From an uncultured Bacteroidales bacterium (lineage in GTDB: Bacteria; Bacteroidota; Bacteroidia; Bacteroidales; UBA12077): a stretch of 64,000 nucleotides of DNA. Numbering within the stretch: the stretch's first letter is position 1; the number at the start of each line of letters is the position of its first letter. The stretch spans positions 4,847 to 68,846 of the forward strand of contig CAZPMA010000002.1 of NCBI GenBank assembly GCA_964587535.1, given 5' to 3'. The notes beneath the pieces were generated by a model. The model was not told the origin of the DNA. It saw nothing but the letters and a program-made list of their open reading frames with translations, and searched no databases. The position numbers were made by a program, and so were the translations under genes. This document shows positions 29,501-39,010 of this stretch, piece after piece.

Positions 29501-32500
29501 ATATATTGAACTATATGAGTAAGTAGTATTTGGTTTTTTGAGTTCTTCATTTCTAGCCTGCTTTACATCAACAAGTTTTGATAAAACAATCTCAACATTA
29601 TTTTCGTCTGGCCACATTCCACTAGCACTTGTAACCCCATTCGGTGTAACTTTTAATGGTATTTCATATTCGTAGTAGTTATTTTTAGAATCCGTACCTA
29701 AACGAATAAAAAGTCTTAAATCATCATCATTCAGAATCTCATTATTAAGTTGTTGCAAATGCGAAAACATTTTTAATTTCTTATATTGTCGCATGTCAAG
29801 ATTTATGGTCTTATAAGCAGCACGAGCATCTCCGTCTTCAAGATCAGACACTTTTAATACCATTGATTGCTCGTTTAATTGTCTCAATTGTGGATTTGTA
29901 GGATCTATTACCCTATCTACTCCCGGTGGTAAAACATAATCACTGTTTTCCTCTATATTAACAGATGATATATCTAAAATTCCATTAGAAAATTCGGGAG
30001 TAGATAAATTTTCATGTCCTTCAATAAGCGAACGTTCATATTTTCTCCATTCTCCTCGAACTAATTCCAATTTAGCAAAACGCAGCACAACTTCTTCCTC
30101 AAAATCTGTTAAGAACATACGAATAAATCGTATTGATTTAAAATCCTGAATTGATCCAATTACAGCGTCAGGTTCACGAATTGGTATTCTGAACTGATAC
30201 CAGTTTATATCAACATTTTCATCTCCATTTGCTAAATCAACATTATACCCTTTTACTTTATCAACAATATAATTCTGGCCAACTCTCATTTTATCAGGTC
30301 TAAGTTGCACCTTATACTGAAAATAACTTTCGGTTTCATCTAATGTTCTATCTCCATTAAGGTCTTCTTTATCAGGTCTAACCATATAAGATTGCCCATT
30401 CCCACCAGATGAGTTTCCCTCATAATTATTATATTTTTTATATCTTTCAAGAATACTTAAATTATTATTATCATAATCACCTCCTTGAAAATAATGGAAA
30501 TTATCATTTGAAGGGTCTTGTGATATTTTATCCAAGGCATCTTGACTGACTTCAGTTTGTAAATTGGTTAAATAACTGGTAAAATAGCTTTGTTCTCCAT
30601 TATCACTTAATCCATCCATCCCAAGGTCTTGTTTATCAACCTCGGTAAAGCTATATGTTTTAATCTCATTATCAGACATTCTTCCCCAAGGTGTATAAGT
30701 AACATTTGGGTCCAGGTTTTCAGTTGGCAAGCCATCCTCAAATGAGCTCCTTGAATCTTTTAATACATCTTCAGACACTTCACCAAGGTTAAAATATAAA
30801 TCACCACCCTCGTTATTTATTGAATCATAAACAAAAGGGTCCATCAACCAGAACTCGATGTAATTTACGTTCGCAGCTTCAAAATCAGGATTAGGAGTTT
30901 CGCGCATTATACCTGCCCATCTTGATTTTGGATCTTTCAGCGTTCCGTCTTCTTCTAAACCTTTGGCATATATTGTATCTTTGGTAACATAATTATATGG
31001 TCCTCTTTCATTTGGATAATATGCCAGGTTTAGCACCTGTATAGCATTAGGAACACTGTTTTCAGATTCTTTGTTTGGGAATATCTCTTTTTCGTAAATC
31101 TCTCTAACAAAATGATTTGATTGCTGTTCCGGATCATTCTTAATGTGTGATGGAGTTTCTGATGTATTTCTTAAGAACAAAGGATCTATTCTATACCATG
31201 CTAATTTTGCTCTATTGTATCCGTAGGCTAATTCATTAATCGATTGAGTTTCGGGGAATATATCAAATTGGTCTGCAGGAGTACTTGCTAATACCCATGA
31301 GAAATTACTCTTTAAATCCATGGATGTTTCGCTGCCTTCAAAATCATCAATATAGGCATTTCCTTCTTTTTCAATGGCTTTTGAGTGTCCAGGTATTAAC
31401 TGGGCAAACTCTGCGTCAACTGTAATGGATGATGTTTCTTTTGTCTCTATAAAAGGAAGTTTATCGACTAAGGTTGTTAAAAACTGTGATTCTGTTCTGA
31501 ATGATGTATTTAATCCCCAAATTGTATTAGAAATTGGTTCTTCACCAATCGCTACTTTCTGCGTTAATGGTCGCTCTGTAAGGTTCATTACTGTGGCACC
31601 AACATTAAAGTTATCAGATATCTGATAATTTAAGTGTGTTCCTAATAATGTTTTGGTTTGAATACTGTACAGTGTGTTACTTTCAAGAGATATCTGAATT
31701 GGGGCTCCTGATTCCAGAAGGCCAGCATTAATAATTTTCACGCGCCCCAGGTTATAATCAACTGTATAATCCAGGTTTTCCTGCAAAATATTACCTCCCG
31801 ACATAACTTTTACAGACCCTTGAGGTATATTAATTGCATTTAAAGGTATTTCTGAGCTTAATTCCGACTTATATTCTCCTTTTAACCTAAACTTATTTTT
31901 CTCTGCTACTAATCTGGCATATGTAACTGTTGTATCGTATAGCTCCTGAAAAACATATTTATCTGCTATTGCAGGATTATCAAATTGTTTTCTTAAGTAA
32001 CTTCCAAAAGGTTCTCTCACGGGAAAAATAATACGTCCGTTTGATTCGTTAATTGTGTACCCTTCAACAAAGTCGAATCTTCCGTCTGCACCAGCATCAT
32101 TCTGAGAGTTAAGTCTATCCAGGTTAAGAACTTTAAGTAAGACTTGTTTTTTTATTTTACCCTCTGGAATATAATTAATTGCATTACCTGTTTTATCATC
32201 CTGATACAAAACATCCATGATAAAGTCTTGTTTATTAATTTGGTATGCTCCAGTGGAATATATATTTTTCATCATTAAGTCCCATGTAGGTATTGCAGGA
32301 CTTTGATTAACCCCTTTTAATAATTTTGCTATCAAAAATCCTTCAGGTCTTTCATCGGAAAATTCACCAACTTTATATTTTTCGCCACTAACATCAAATT
32401 CATAAACAACAGCTAACTTTTGTCCTGGTTGTAATGCAAAATTTAATGAGATATAACCCAATCTTTCGTTTAGAGTAAATTCATTTTCATTTAATTTTTT

Positions 32501-33787
32501 TGCACTACCAATTTTTTCATAATCTTTTCCGGAAGTATATCCAAAAGCTCCCCATGCTTCTTTAATATTATTTCCTATTTCTTCGAAATTTCTATCAAAA
32601 TTTAAGTTATTAACTAAATTGTATAATTCATTTGATGCATTATCAGGATAATCCTTTAAATATATTTCAGGGATTACAGAAGGAGGGGCAAAAACATTGC
32701 TATCTCTTTCGGCTATATCTAACAGGGCTAAAATATTTCTTGTATCTTGTAAAACATTCCTATCGTTTGTTATCCACACTTCTATTCTTGTAATATTTAC
32801 TGATGATCTAACAAGAGGTAATTGCTCCAGAGCTTCGTCATAATGATCTTTAAAATAGTGCCCCAGGAAGAAGTGTCTGTTAGCGTCATATTCATCAGCA
32901 CTTAATTCAAACTTTTGAGTTTGAGCTCCGCCTTTTAATTCAATAACTTTTGTTTCTCCTTTTTGTTGAGAAAAAACACTTGTAACAGTTAATTTTCCAA
33001 ATTGGAATTCTGTTTTTAAACCAAATAAACTTTGGCTACCAGTAATTAAAGATCCTGGTAAAGGTAAAGTCACATTACCGGCTTCTATTCTTTTTATGAT
33101 CTCATCTTCATCACCTACATATTCCAATTTGGTTTCATTTTCAAAATCGAATGTAGCTTCTGTATCATACCTAACACTTAACTTAATTTTATCACCAATG
33201 GTACCGGTAACATTCATTTTAATTTTTTCTTCAAAATCAAATGTTGTTGTTTTCCTTAGACTTTCTGCATAAGTTGGGTTATCAGTATTATTAATATTTA
33301 CTTTAAATATAAGCTCTGCAGATCCCATAGGGATTATATTAATTGCATTACTTCCAAAGATTTTATTGAATGCTTCTCCACCAAATCTTAAATTTGGGAA
33401 CAATCCTATTTGAGGTCCTCCCGAACCTCCTTGTGCCCTTTGTCTCCAATAATCTCTAATAGCCTGTTCAAACTGATAATCCTGATACTCCGAAATAGTC
33501 ATCCGTTGAGTTGGTCTATAATCAAAAGTTCCAATCTTTTTGCTAATGATATATTCATTTGTTTTTGGATCATAAGTGGTTGTATCCTTAATATTTGACG
33601 GATTATCAAGATATAAGGGTGACTCTGCCACTCCCTGTGTAGAATAATATTCATCATCATTAAACGGAAATTTTAATGTATCTCCGGGCTCCTGATACAC
33701 CAAGCCTTTTGACTGGGCACTATTTACCCAATAAAAGAATAATAAACAAATGAGTATAATATATTTAGCAAATTTTTTCAAAAGCAA
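26531..33787 (-). CDS. sprA: T9SS translocon / gliding motility protein SprA (Sov)
   Basis: 2418 aa, signal peptide, giant beta-rich OM protein. Size, N-terminal region and position just downstream of ruvA fit SprA. The signal peptide is only encoded if translation starts at TTG 33787 (or 33781); the first in-frame ATG is about 95 codons in. Confidence 0.85.
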   Translation of the reverse strand: MLLKKFAKYIILICLLFFYWVNSAQSKGLVYQEPGDTLKFPFNDDEYYSTQGVAESPLYLDNPSNIKDTTTYDPKTNEYIISKKIGTFDYRPTQRMTISEYQDYQFEQAIRDYWRQRAQGGSGGPQIGLFPNLRFGGEAFNKIFGSNAINIIPMGSAELIFKVNINNTDNPTYAESLRKTTTFDFEEKIKMNVTGTIGDKIKLSVRYDTEATFDFENETKLEYVGDEDEIIKRIEAGNVTLPLPGSLITGSQSLFGLKTEFQFGKLTVTSVFSQQKGETKVIELKGGAQTQKFELSADEYDANRHFFLGHYFKDHYDEALEQLPLVRSSVNITRIEVWITNDRNVLQDTRNILALLDIAERDSNVFAPPSVIPEIYLKDYPDNASNELYNLVNNLNFDRNFEEIGNNIKEAWGAFGYTSGKDYEKIGSAKKLNENEFTLNERLGYISLNFALQPGQKLAVVYEFDVSGEKYKVGEFSDERPEGFLIAKLLKGVNQSPAIPTWDLMMKNIYSTGAYQINKQDFIMDVLYQDDKTGNAINYIPEGKIKKQVLLKVLNLDRLNSQNDAGADGRFDFVEGYTINESNGRIIFPVREPFGSYLRKQFDNPAIADKYVFQELYDTTVTYARLVAEKNKFRLKGEYKSELSSEIPLNAINIPQGSVKVMSGGNILQENLDYTVDYNLGRVKIINAGLLESGAPIQISLESNTLYSIQTKTLLGTHLNYQISDNFNVGATVMNLTERPLTQKVAIGEEPISNTIWGLNTSFRTESQFLTTLVDKLPFIETKETSSITVDAEFAQLIPGHSKAIEKEGNAYIDDFEGSETSMDLKSNFSWVLASTPADQFDIFPETQSINELAYGYNRAKLAWYRIDPLFLRNTSETPSHIKNDPEQQSNHFVREIYEKEIFPNKESENSVPNAIQVLNLAYYPNERGPYNYVTKDTIYAKGLEEDGTLKDPKSRWAGIMRETPNPDFEAANVNYIEFWLMDPFVYDSINNEGGDLYFNLGEVSEDVLKDSRSSFEDGLPTENLDPNVTYTPWGRMSDNEIKTYSFTEVDKQDLGMDGLSDNGEQSYFTSYLTNLQTEVSQDALDKISQDPSNDNFHYFQGGDYDNNNLSILERYKKYNNYEGNSSGGNGQSYMVRPDKEDLNGDRTLDETESYFQYKVQLRPDKMRVGQNYIVDKVKGYNVDLANGDENVDINWYQFRIPIREPDAVIGSIQDFKSIRFIRMFLTDFEEEVVLRFAKLELVRGEWRKYERSLIEGHENLSTPEFSNGILDISSVNIEENSDYVLPPGVDRVIDPTNPQLRQLNEQSMVLKVSDLEDGDARAAYKTINLDMRQYKKLKMFSHLQQLNNEILNDDDLRLFIRLGTDSKNNYYEYEIPLKVTPNGVTSASGMWPDENNVEIVLSKLVDVKQARNEELKKPNTTYSYSSIYSVYDDDKAKLSVKGNPNLSNVVTIMIGVRNPSKQNVQNNTNDDGMPKSAEVWVNELRLTDFKEDGGWAARGRVATQLADFGTINLSGSISTPGFGSIEKKVNERSKEEVIEYDVSANLDLGKFFPEESKVIIPMYAGYAESFVNPQYNPLDPDIELKESLDKAKNKEERDSIKNLAQEYTRRRSINFTNVKVNKISEKPRFYDPGNFSFSYAYNDALAHDVNTEYDVLKNYKGSVSYIYNLRPKNVAPFRKSKGALNKKAFLLIKDFNFYYLPSSIAFRTEMNRRYQTNKTRNINNPDNIIEPFFNKDFNWNRYYDVKWDLSRSLKIDFSATNIAKIDEPYGKQGTSEWKDSVWQNIRDFGRNTQYNHNINVTYRVPINKVPFLDWTSLTTRYNATYNWEAASLDENNEPLVGNDIRNSMTFQINSQANMLNLYNKVGFLKRINQKYSKSRSARKKEFETVTYQEKDINFRTNRTKSITHNLNTEDITSVKITDNTGKEIKGDWDVVSKKRISIKTDTTMRGAQVMVVGKLEKRDNPLVFIAENTALLLMSVKNISASYTQTEGSSLNEGYTESTKLLGMDSQFDAPGWPFVLGWQDENFAAKAIMNKWFFDDSLNIPFIMTSNKNINFRVTIEPIRGLKIDLTANRTHGENNSRYYYSTSTTPYNEQITGNFSMTYITIGSAFEGASNENGYQSDAFKEFKENRVIMSNRLSGKVGTEDFQPGYGPESQQVMVPSFLAAYGISDKNSVALDLFQKIPLPNWSIKLTRLKDIPFMKKYFKSFNISHTYRSFYNVGSYINNTDYGIDPVSKDFYKDSTGNYIPLYTANGVSINEQFSPLINVDMTFVNNFTARFELKKSRTVTLSFTNNQITEVHSDEMGFSLGYRIDNFDLIFNFGDGQTDFKSSLNMRANLKIRDTKTILRKISDETNTPSADQKAIVIGISGDYMLSNRLTLRLFYDQNITNPLVGMSPYRTSNTDVGFSLRFTLTE

Positions 33788-33799
33788 GGTTAATTATAA

Positions 33800-34381
33800 T
33801 TAAATTCTTTTAAGAGATTCCTTAATTAGTTCCTCAACACGTAAGCTACTATTCTCTTTAAGAATTGTATTTATTGTTTTTTCAACTTTAGCCCTGGGAA
33901 AACCTAATAATACTAATGCTGATAACGCTTCTTCTTTAATTGTATTGTCTACAAAGTCTATATTTTTATCAGCTTCTGATAATTTTCCAACTTTATCTCT
34001 TAAATCCACTATTAACCTTTCTGCTGTTTTTAGGCCAATTCCTTTTATAGATTTAATTAAGGCGACATTATTTTGTAAAATTGCGTTTTTAATTTCCCCA
34101 GATGTTAATGAAGAAAGCATTACTCTTGCTGTATTAGCTCCAATGCCCGAAACAGAAATCAAATACATAAACATCTGTCGCTCTTCTTTTTCAGCAAATC
34201 CATACAATTGGTACGAATCTTCCCTAATAGCTTCATATACATACAATAAGCAATTTGAGACTTCTGACATTTTTGTATAAGTGTTTAATGAGATATTCAC
34301 AAAATACCCTATACCGTTATTTTCTAAAACAACAAAAGTTGGAGAAATTTCTCTTATTTCACCTTTTATAAAATCTATCAT
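33800..34381 (-). CDS. ruvA: Holliday junction DNA helicase subunit RuvA
   Basis: Start placed at ATG 34381 (MIDFIKGEI...), 193 aa. OB-fold N-terminus, two HhH motifs (SGIGANTA, GIGLKTAERL) and a C-terminal RuvB-binding domain. Confidence 0.9.
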   Translation of the reverse strand: MIDFIKGEIREISPTFVVLENNGIGYFVNISLNTYTKMSEVSNCLLYVYEAIREDSYQLYGFAEKEERQMFMYLISVSGIGANTARVMLSSLTSGEIKNAILQNNVALIKSIKGIGLKTAERLIVDLRDKVGKLSEADKNIDFVDNTIKEEALSALVLLGFPRAKVEKTINTILKENSSLRVEELIKESLKRI

Positions 34382-34519
34382 GCTTAATTGTTTAAAATGA
34401 CGATAAAAATACACAAAAATAAGATATTGAGAAATTTGAAAAGAAGTTTTAATGGGATAATTTAATCTCGGAATTTTATTTTATATTGTATATTTGTTAA
34501 TGTTCACTAATTAAGTAAA

Positions 34520-37324
34520 ATGAAATATTTGACAAAAGCATTAACTGTGTTGTTTTTAGGATTTTTCCCCTTAATGTTATCTGCTCAAATAGAAGAAAAA
34601 TCATCTCCAAAATTCTATTCTGGAAAATCAAACACTATTCCAATTATTACATTACCTGATGTTGACAAAAATCTGTTATTGCAAGAAGATGATGATTATA
34701 AAAACCTGGGATATAAAAAAATAAGATATGCGAAAATTATTGATGTAAACATAAATCCACTTAAAGATGGAATCTGGCAAACATTACCCAATGGAGACAG
34801 AATCTGGCATATTCAGATAAAAGCTTCTGGTGCCTATTCATTAGGTGTCAATTTTAATCTTTTTCATATTCCAAAAAATTCAAAATTGTTTATCTATAGT
34901 TTGGACAAAAAAGATATACGTGGCGCATTTACTTACATAAATAATAAGCCTGGTAAATTTCTAGCTACATCACCTGTAAAAGGAGATGAGATAATCATTG
35001 AATATTTTGAACCACAAAAAGTTAGTTTTAATGGAGAATTAAATATAAGTTCTATTGCTTACGATTATAAAAATATTTTTTCATATTTAGAAAAATCAGG
35101 TAAAGGATTTGGAGATGCAGGTGATTGTAACGTAAATATTAATTGTGAAGAAGGTAATGAATGGCAAGACATTAAACATTCTGTATGCAAAATTATTTAT
35201 TTTGGGTGGTTATGTTCAGGAGCTTTAATCAATAATACAAATCAGGATGGACATCCTTATTTTTTAACCGCGAATCATTGTATAGATAATAATCATGATG
35301 CAGAAAATACTATTTTTTATTTTAACTATGAGAGCGAAGAGTGTATAAACACTAAACCTTCAGAGCTTTTTACTGTCTCGGGTTCAAATTTAGTTGCCAC
35401 TCCTGCTGATCATTCTTTAGACTTTTCATTGTTAGAATTAAGTGTAAATCCACCACCATATTATAAACCCTATTATGCAGGTTGGAACAGGGACATTGTT
35501 GATCCTGATACTGTAACAACTATACATCATCCAAAAGGTGATCTTAAAAAGATATCGATAGCTTATACAGGAGCCACTACATCAAATTATGAATATGAAT
35601 ATTTAGATTTTTCTCACTGGTGGATAAACTCGTGGGATATTGGAACAACAGAAGATGGCTCTTCCGGCTCTCCACTATTCAACGAAAAAAAACAAATAAT
35701 TGGCGATTTAACTGGCGGTGATGCTAATTGCAATTACAACTATAATGATTACTATTCTCAATTTTATAGAGGTTGGGATGAATACTCTAAAAATAATGAA
35801 CAACTGAAATACTGGCTTGATCCAACGAATTCAGGAGTTTTATCAATAAATGGATATAAACCACATGATACTATACCCACTAATTTAAGAATAGCGCTTA
35901 AAGATACTATTGCAACTGTTTACTGGCAAAGTATAGCAGACACATCTAATTTAGAACAATACATCATATATCGAAATGGTATAAAATTAGACTCTTGTAA
36001 GATTAACTCTTTTAATGATACTCTAAATAATGATTCGGTATATTATTATGAAATAAGTGCTTTACTTAAATCCCCATTAGAATACGAAACCCACAAAACA
36101 GAAAAAAGATATGTTCGACCAATGGTTAGTCTAACATTACCTTTTATGGAAAACTTTAACGACCAAGCTTCTATTCCTGATTTATGGTACGAAGAAAGAT
36201 CAAATGATACTGTTTATTGGGAATTTTTACCGGGAAGATCAGATGGTATATTGGATACAGCATATGAAGGAAGCTACAACGCTTTTTTCAACAACTTGGA
36301 GGGTAAATCATCAAAGTTGGTTTTACCAAAAGTAGATTTATCTGCTTATTCAAATGCTATTTTATCTTTTTATTTACATAATGATAATCAAAGCGAAAAC
36401 CTAAATACATTAAATGTTTTCTATAAGCAAAAAGATTCGCTTGATTGGAATATTATTCGTTCATATAATACCGAATTTGATAATTGGACAAAAATCAATA
36501 TTCCGCTCCCAAAATTATCCGGCCAATATCAAATTGCATTCGAAGGAATTGGATACAATGGATTCGGAACTTGCATTGATAGTGTTTCGATTGTAGAAGA
36601 CTTAGATTATATTAATCCTGCTATTATTATTAATCAAGATTCTATTTGTTTAAATGACACTATTGAGTTTACAACAAGTGTAAGTGATATAAATATTTTG
36701 AAATGGGATTTTGGTAAGGATGCCATCCCACAAACAGGCACTGGAGTAGGACCATTTAAAGTAACTTACTCAAATCCTGGAATAAAATCTGTAGGTTTAC
36801 TTGTTAACGATACTTATAAAAATAGTATATCTGATATTGCTTTTGTTTATGATAATCCAACTCCAATATTTACTCAAAATGTAAATACATTAACATCAAA
36901 TTCACAATTTGGAAATCAGTGGTATCTTGATAATGTAATTATACCTGATGCAACTGATCAAACATATATAATTGAAGAAAACGGAAATTATTCTTTAGAA
37001 GTTACAAATTCATTTGGTTGCGTATCAATATCTGAGAATAAATATCTAGTTGTTGATGATATTACTGATCTTGAAGAATATGACTTATTCAAAGTATATC
37101 CTAACCCGAACAATGGTACTTTTTCAATTAGTATTAATCATACAATACTAAATAATAATATTCAATACTCAATATTCAATATTACTGGGGAAAACATTCA
37201 AAATGGTTTTATTGACACCTATAAAGAAGAAATCATATTAAATAAAGCAAAAGATGGTATTTACCTAATAAAACTATTTGATGGTAACCATTTTTATGTT
37301 TCAAAAATCATAATAAAAAAATAG
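34520..37324 (+). CDS. Secreted multidomain S1 (lysyl-endopeptidase-like) serine protease with T9SS C-terminal sorting domain
   Basis: 934 aa. Signal peptide. Catalytic triad contexts LTANHC (His), DFSLLEL (Asp), EDGSSGSPLF (Ser). Then an Fn3-like segment, a MAM/choice-of-anchor-J-like domain, a PKD-like domain (WDFGKDA) and a C-terminal FKVYPNPNNGTFSI...GIYLIKL...VSKIIIKK T9SS type A CTD. Confidence 0.8.
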   Translation: MKYLTKALTVLFLGFFPLMLSAQIEEKSSPKFYSGKSNTIPIITLPDVDKNLLLQEDDDYKNLGYKKIRYAKIIDVNINPLKDGIWQTLPNGDRIWHIQIKASGAYSLGVNFNLFHIPKNSKLFIYSLDKKDIRGAFTYINNKPGKFLATSPVKGDEIIIEYFEPQKVSFNGELNISSIAYDYKNIFSYLEKSGKGFGDAGDCNVNINCEEGNEWQDIKHSVCKIIYFGWLCSGALINNTNQDGHPYFLTANHCIDNNHDAENTIFYFNYESEECINTKPSELFTVSGSNLVATPADHSLDFSLLELSVNPPPYYKPYYAGWNRDIVDPDTVTTIHHPKGDLKKISIAYTGATTSNYEYEYLDFSHWWINSWDIGTTEDGSSGSPLFNEKKQIIGDLTGGDANCNYNYNDYYSQFYRGWDEYSKNNEQLKYWLDPTNSGVLSINGYKPHDTIPTNLRIALKDTIATVYWQSIADTSNLEQYIIYRNGIKLDSCKINSFNDTLNNDSVYYYEISALLKSPLEYETHKTEKRYVRPMVSLTLPFMENFNDQASIPDLWYEERSNDTVYWEFLPGRSDGILDTAYEGSYNAFFNNLEGKSSKLVLPKVDLSAYSNAILSFYLHNDNQSENLNTLNVFYKQKDSLDWNIIRSYNTEFDNWTKINIPLPKLSGQYQIAFEGIGYNGFGTCIDSVSIVEDLDYINPAIIINQDSICLNDTIEFTTSVSDINILKWDFGKDAIPQTGTGVGPFKVTYSNPGIKSVGLLVNDTYKNSISDIAFVYDNPTPIFTQNVNTLTSNSQFGNQWYLDNVIIPDATDQTYIIEENGNYSLEVTNSFGCVSISENKYLVVDDITDLEEYDLFKVYPNPNNGTFSISINHTILNNNIQYSIFNITGENIQNGFIDTYKEEIILNKAKDGIYLIKLFDGNHFYVSKIIIKK

Positions 37325-37344
37325 AGCTTTTAAGCTCTATTTTC
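37321..37344. terminator. Bidirectional intrinsic terminator between the protease gene and the malic enzyme gene
   Basis: ATAGAGC-ttttaa-GCTCTAT flanked by an A run upstream and TTTT downstream. It overlaps the protease TAG stop. Confidence 0.6.
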
Positions 37345-37367
37345 CTTATATCAATTAATAAAGATTC

Positions 37368-38822
37368 TTATTTAACAGAATCAATAGCTGTATTTAATGC
37401 TTTCTCCAATAACTCAACATCTGGTTTAGCAATGAAATTATGATCCATCATTAAATCAATTGTTGATCGAGTATGTTTAATATCTTCTAGCGTTTTATTA
37501 TAAGCTTCTTCCCATGTCATTTTAACACGAGCTACTCCATTTTTAATAGCTTCCATAGCTACATCTGCAGCTTCTACTGCAAACATTTCTGTCTCGTCCA
37601 TTTTTGGCATAATATAATCAGGGTTTATACCTTTCTTTTCTGCATAATCAGCCATCGAATAAGCAGCTCTAACTGCCATTTCATCAGTAATTTTTCGCGC
37701 ACGAACCAATAAAGCTCCTTTTAAAATTCCTGGGAATCCAAGTGAGTTATTTACCTGATTTGGGAAATCACCACGGCCTGTTGCCACGATATATGCTCCT
37801 GCTTCTTTTGCTGCATATGGATAAATCTCAGGAACAGGATTAGCACATGCAAAAACAATTGGCTTGTCGCCCATATTCTTAATCCATTCTGGTTTTACAA
37901 CATCAGGACCTGGTTTGCTAACAGCAATTAACACATCAGCACCTTTACATGCTTCTGCTACATCATTAATTTTATTTGGGTTTGTTTTTTCACACAACTC
38001 CCATTTACGGTAAAAACGTTTATCAGCTTTTATATCTTCTCTATCTTTATGCAATCCTGCCTTAGAATCAAATATGATCATTTTGGTAGGATCACCACCT
38101 GCTTGTAAGATCAATCGAGAAATTGTTGCGTTTGCAGCACCAGCTCCGTACATCACAATCTTAACATCCTTAATATTCTTTTTTACAATTCTCAGGGCAT
38201 TAATTAATCCTGCTACAGTTACAGAACCTGTACCTTGCGCATCATCGTGCCAAACAGGTATATCACACTCATCACGCAAAGTATCCAGGACCTTATAACA
38301 ATTAGGTTGAGAAATATCTTCTAAATTAACCGCTCCAAAGCTTGGTTGAAGCATTTTTACAAAATTAATAATCTTATCAGGATCGTGCTCACCTTTTTCA
38401 TTATAGCTATCAACACATAAAGCTACAGCATCAATTCCTGCTAAGTATTTCATTAAATAAGCTTTGCCTTCCATAACTCCAAGACCTCCGGGTGGGGTAC
38501 AATCTCCATCACCAAGTACACGAGTTGAATCAGAAACAACTGCTACCATATTACCACGATTCGACAACTCGAAAGAGAAATCGTTATTATCTCTTATGGA
38601 AGTAGATACTTTTGATACGCCTGGAGTATAATATACATTAAACCAGTTAAATCCATAAATACCTGCTTTGGGAAGAGTTTGCATCTTACCACCGTAGAAT
38701 TTATGGCTATGAAATGCCAGCTCTTTTAAGAAAACAGTTTTTGCTTTTGCAATTTGTTCTTGAGAAAAGTCACTGGGAAAAAGTTCATCAAGATTTTGAA
38801 GTGACAAGTCTACTTTTGACAT
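37368..38822 (-). CDS. NAD(P)-dependent malic enzyme (short bacterial type)
   Basis: 484 aa. Motifs YTPGV, VVSDSTRVLGDGD, GVMEGKAYLMKYLAGIDA, NLEDISQPNC, IPVWHDDAQGTG, and Rossmann MYGAGAAN. Confidence 0.85.
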   Translation of the reverse strand: MSKVDLSLQNLDELFPSDFSQEQIAKAKTVFLKELAFHSHKFYGGKMQTLPKAGIYGFNWFNVYYTPGVSKVSTSIRDNNDFSFELSNRGNMVAVVSDSTRVLGDGDCTPPGGLGVMEGKAYLMKYLAGIDAVALCVDSYNEKGEHDPDKIINFVKMLQPSFGAVNLEDISQPNCYKVLDTLRDECDIPVWHDDAQGTGSVTVAGLINALRIVKKNIKDVKIVMYGAGAANATISRLILQAGGDPTKMIIFDSKAGLHKDREDIKADKRFYRKWELCEKTNPNKINDVAEACKGADVLIAVSKPGPDVVKPEWIKNMGDKPIVFACANPVPEIYPYAAKEAGAYIVATGRGDFPNQVNNSLGFPGILKGALLVRARKITDEMAVRAAYSMADYAEKKGINPDYIMPKMDETEMFAVEAADVAMEAIKNGVARVKMTWEEAYNKTLEDIKHTRSTIDLMMDHNFIAKPDVELLEKALNTAIDSVK

Positions 38823-38827
38823 TAGAA

Positions 38828-38834
38828 CCTCCTT
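38828..38834 (-). promoter_or_regulatory. Strong Shine-Dalgarno (AAGGAGG) 5 nt upstream of the malic enzyme ATG
   Basis: The minus strand reads AAGGAGGttctaATG. Almost all other genes in the window have A/T-only upstream regions without an SD. Confidence 0.6.
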
Positions 38835-38962
38835 ATTTGTTTTAGTTTGTAATTAAGGTTTGTAATTGAAACGATAGTAAACAAATTTACAAAATTATTT
38901 GCCCAATAAATAGCCTAAAAAGTTGATAGAGTGCAGCTTTTAATATGTTATATAACAGAAAT

Positions 38963-38992
38963 AAAAAAGGTCAACTTTATAAGTTGACCTTC
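38963..38992 (-). terminator. Rho-independent terminator after pdxA
   Basis: Minus strand: AAGGTCAACTT-ata-AAGTTGACCTT (about 11-bp stem) followed by TTTTTTAT. It starts 20 nt downstream of the pdxA stop. Confidence 0.85.
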
Positions 38993-39010
38993 TAAATTCG
39001 ACTACAATTT

